Origin: Amoebophrya sp. A120
Taxonomy: Eukaryota; Protista; Dinoflagellata
Length of the DNA: 64,000 nucleotides
Direction: 5' to 3'
Assembly (NCBI GenBank): GCA_905178155.1
Contig: CAJINV010000010.1
Span: 3,182,587 to 3,246,586 of the forward strand
Notes under the pieces: generated by a model
The model's input: only the letters and a program-made list of their open reading frames with translations
Database searches by the model: none
What the model was told of the DNA's origin: nothing
Part shown: in pieces, positions 61,682 to 64,000 of the stretch
Numbering within the stretch: position 1 is the stretch's first letter
Layout of the letters: every line of letters starts with the position of its first letter
Made by a program: the position numbers and the translations under genes

Positions 61682-63697
61682 GAGCGGGGTAACAAATTCT
61701 GGCGAGTTGTGGCCGTCCCACTTCTCACCCGCCCGGCCGGGTGGGTGACTAGTGGGACGGAACCAGGATCCTGACCACGAGAACGGCGGCAATTCTACCA
61801 CCTCCTGCAAGACCTGCGGGTGTGCCTGGTAGAAAGCAGAATCAGGTGTGGAAACCAAAAAATGCTGCTTTTGAGGCTTTCAGTAAGCCAAAGCAACGGC
61901 TTTTTTGCCACGAGCCGAATCTTCTTTCTAACACCTCCTGCAAGACCTGCGGGCGTGGCCGGAAGAATCAGGTGCGGCAAACAAAAAACGCTGCTTCTGA
62001 GGCTTTCAATAAGCCACAGTAACACTTTTTTTACTACGAGCTGAATCTTCTTTCTACCACCTCCTGCAAGACCTGCGGGCGTGGCTGGTAGAAAGAAGAA
62101 TCAGGCGCGGAAAACAAAAAGCGTTGCTTTTGAGGCTTTCAGTAAGCCAAAGCAGCGATTTTTTTGCCACGAGCTGAATCTTCTTTCTACCACCTCCTGC
62201 AAGACCTGCGGGTGTGGCTGGTAGAAAGAAGAAACAGGCGCGGAAAACAAAAAACGCTGCTTCAAAGACTTTCAGTAAGCCAAAGCAACATTTTTTTTGC
62301 CACGAGCTGAATCTTCTTTCTACCACCTCCTGCAAGACCTGCGGGTGTGGCTGGTAGAAAGAAGAATCAGGCGCGGAAAACAAAAAACGCTGTTTCTGAG
62401 GCTTTCAGTAAGCCAAAGCAAAACTTTTTTTACCACGAGCTGAGTCTTCTTTCTACCACCTCCTGCAAGACCTGCGGGCGTGGCTGGTAGAAAGAAGAAT
62501 CAGGAGCGGAAAACAAAAAACGCTATTTCTGAGGCCCAAAGCAACGCTTTTTTTGCCACGAGCTGAATCGTCTTTCTGCCACCTCCTGCAAGACCTGCGG
62601 GCGTGGCTGGTAGAAAGAAGAATCTGGCGCGGAAAACAAAAAACGCTGTTTCTGAGGCTTTCAATAAGCCAAAGCAACATTTTTTTTACCACGAGCTGAG
62701 TCTTCTTTCTGGCACCTCCTGCAAGACCTGCGGTCGTGGCTGGTAGAAAGAAGAATCAGGGGCGGAAAACAAAAAACGCTATTTCTGAGGCTTTCAATAA
62801 GCCAATGCCAAAGCAACGCTTTTTTTGTCACGAGCTGAGTCTTCTTTCTCCCACCTCCTGCAAGACCTGTGGGCGTGGCTGGTAGAATGAAGAATCAGGT
62901 TTGGAAAACAAAAAACGCTGCTTCTGAGGCTTTCCGACATTTTTTTTGCCACGAGCTGAATCTTCTTTCTACTACCTCCTGCAAGACCTGCGGGTGTGGC
63001 TGGTAGAAAGAAGAATCAGGCGCGGAAAACAAAAAACGCTGTTTCTGAGGCTTTCAATAAGCCCAAGCAACATTTTTCTTACCACAAGCTGAATCTTCTT
63101 TCTACCACCTCCTGCAAGACCTGCGGGCGTGGCTGGTAGAAAGAAGAATCAGGCGCGGAAAACAAAAAACGCTGTTTCTAAGACTTTCAGTAAGCCAAAT
63201 CAACGCTTTTTTCACCACGGGCTGACTCTTCTTTCTACCACCTCCTGCAAGACCTGCAGACGTGGCTGGTAGAAAGAAGAGTCAGGTGCTGAAAACAAAC
63301 AACGGCGTTTCTGAGGCTTTCGGCAAGCCAAAGCAACGCTTTTTTTACCAGGAGCTGAATCTTCTTTCTACCACCTCCTGCAAGACCTGCAGACGTGGCT
63401 GGTAGAAAGAAGAATCAGGTGCGGAAAACAAAAAACTGCGCTGTCTGAGGCTTTCAGTAAGCCAGAGCAGCATTTTCTTGTCCACGAGCTGAATCTTCTT
63501 TCTACCACCTCCTGCAAGACCTGCGGGTGTGGCTGGTAGAAAGAAGAATCAGGTGCGGAAAACAAAAAGCGTTGTTTTTGAGGCTTTCAGATCCGGCCAG
63601 CTGGTCAGGATCCTGGTTCCGTCCCACTAGTCACCCACCCGGCCGGGCGGGTGAGAAGTGGGACGGCCACAACTCGTCAGAATTTGTTACCCCGCTC
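61682..63697. mobile_element. Non-autonomous PIF/Harbinger-like TIR element carrying a satellite
   Basis: TAA TSD (61679-61681, 63698-63700); ~95-bp TIRs starting GAGCGGGGTAACAAA. Confidence 0.88.
61794..63590. repeat. Tandem satellite, ~132-bp unit, 14 copies, each with an internal inverted repeat
   Basis: ACCTCCTGCAAGACCTG recurs every 121-139 bp; TCTTCTTTCTACCA/TGGTAGAAAGAAGA inverted pair. Confidence 0.92.
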
Positions 63698-64000
63698 TAA
63701 GATGAAGGAGCTGTACTGTATTCTTGCTATGCGTAGTATCCGCGGAAGTAGGAGCACCTGCATTAGTACGAGGACTATGAAACTTCTCTTGCACAATAGC
63801 ATAACAGCTTGTAGCGCGCAATTCATCAAAACCGCGATGTGACCGGGGACGCAATCGCTCACGTAGCCCGGATCGGTCCACTTCGCTTTTTCTTTTTGGT
63901 TGAACATCACTTGGAAACTGTTTTCTGCAATGGTGATCCCCGTGGAGTTATGCAGTGCAAAAATAAAGACATGACCTCCTAGCTCTAGCACCAGCACTCG
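63698..64000 (-). CDS. Possible fragment of a hypothetical gene entering from the window edge
   Basis: Open frame of ~100 aa on the gene strand that runs into the Harbinger-like element; no motif. Confidence 0.25.

Noticed and set aside
61794-63590. CRISPR-like array
   Set aside because: The inter-repeat sequence is also repeated (no unique spacers), the unit is ~132 bp, there are no cas genes, and the context is eukaryotic.
1-64000. tRNA or rRNA genes, or an autonomous transposase
   Set aside because: None recognised by eye; tRNAscan-SE, Infernal and HMM searches would be needed to exclude them.

Overview
Eukaryotic DNA, very probably from a dinoflagellate-lineage parasite of the Amoebophrya (Syndiniales) type. 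This is inferred from a near-perfect dinoflagellate spliced-leader 22-mer at 8950-8972, all credible genes lying on one strand, and massive invasion by repeated non-canonical introns. Minus-strand genes: a CobW/COG0523 (ZNG1-like) GTPase, two intronless ORFs (one behind the relict spliced leader), a long hypothetical gene, a SMYD-like SET protein, a membrane protein, a ~24 kb LRR-containing gene and a GT61-like glycosyltransferase. About 80 short TIR elements (introners, families labelled A-K here) interrupt these genes. Nearly all start TAT, end ATA, are flanked by a 5-bp direct repeat (DR) and carry many copies of a TTGT(C/A/G)ATGC motif. Removing an element plus one DR restored the reading frame at every junction I translated. 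The two junctions I tested for splice signals have no GT-AG placement. Four larger non-autonomous elements are nested inside introners: Harbinger-like, a 6-bp-TSD TIR element, Helentron-like and one hairpin-ended. A second Harbinger-like element carries a 14-copy hairpin satellite. Coordinates were counted by hand and may be off by a few bases. Gene models were only spot-checked.
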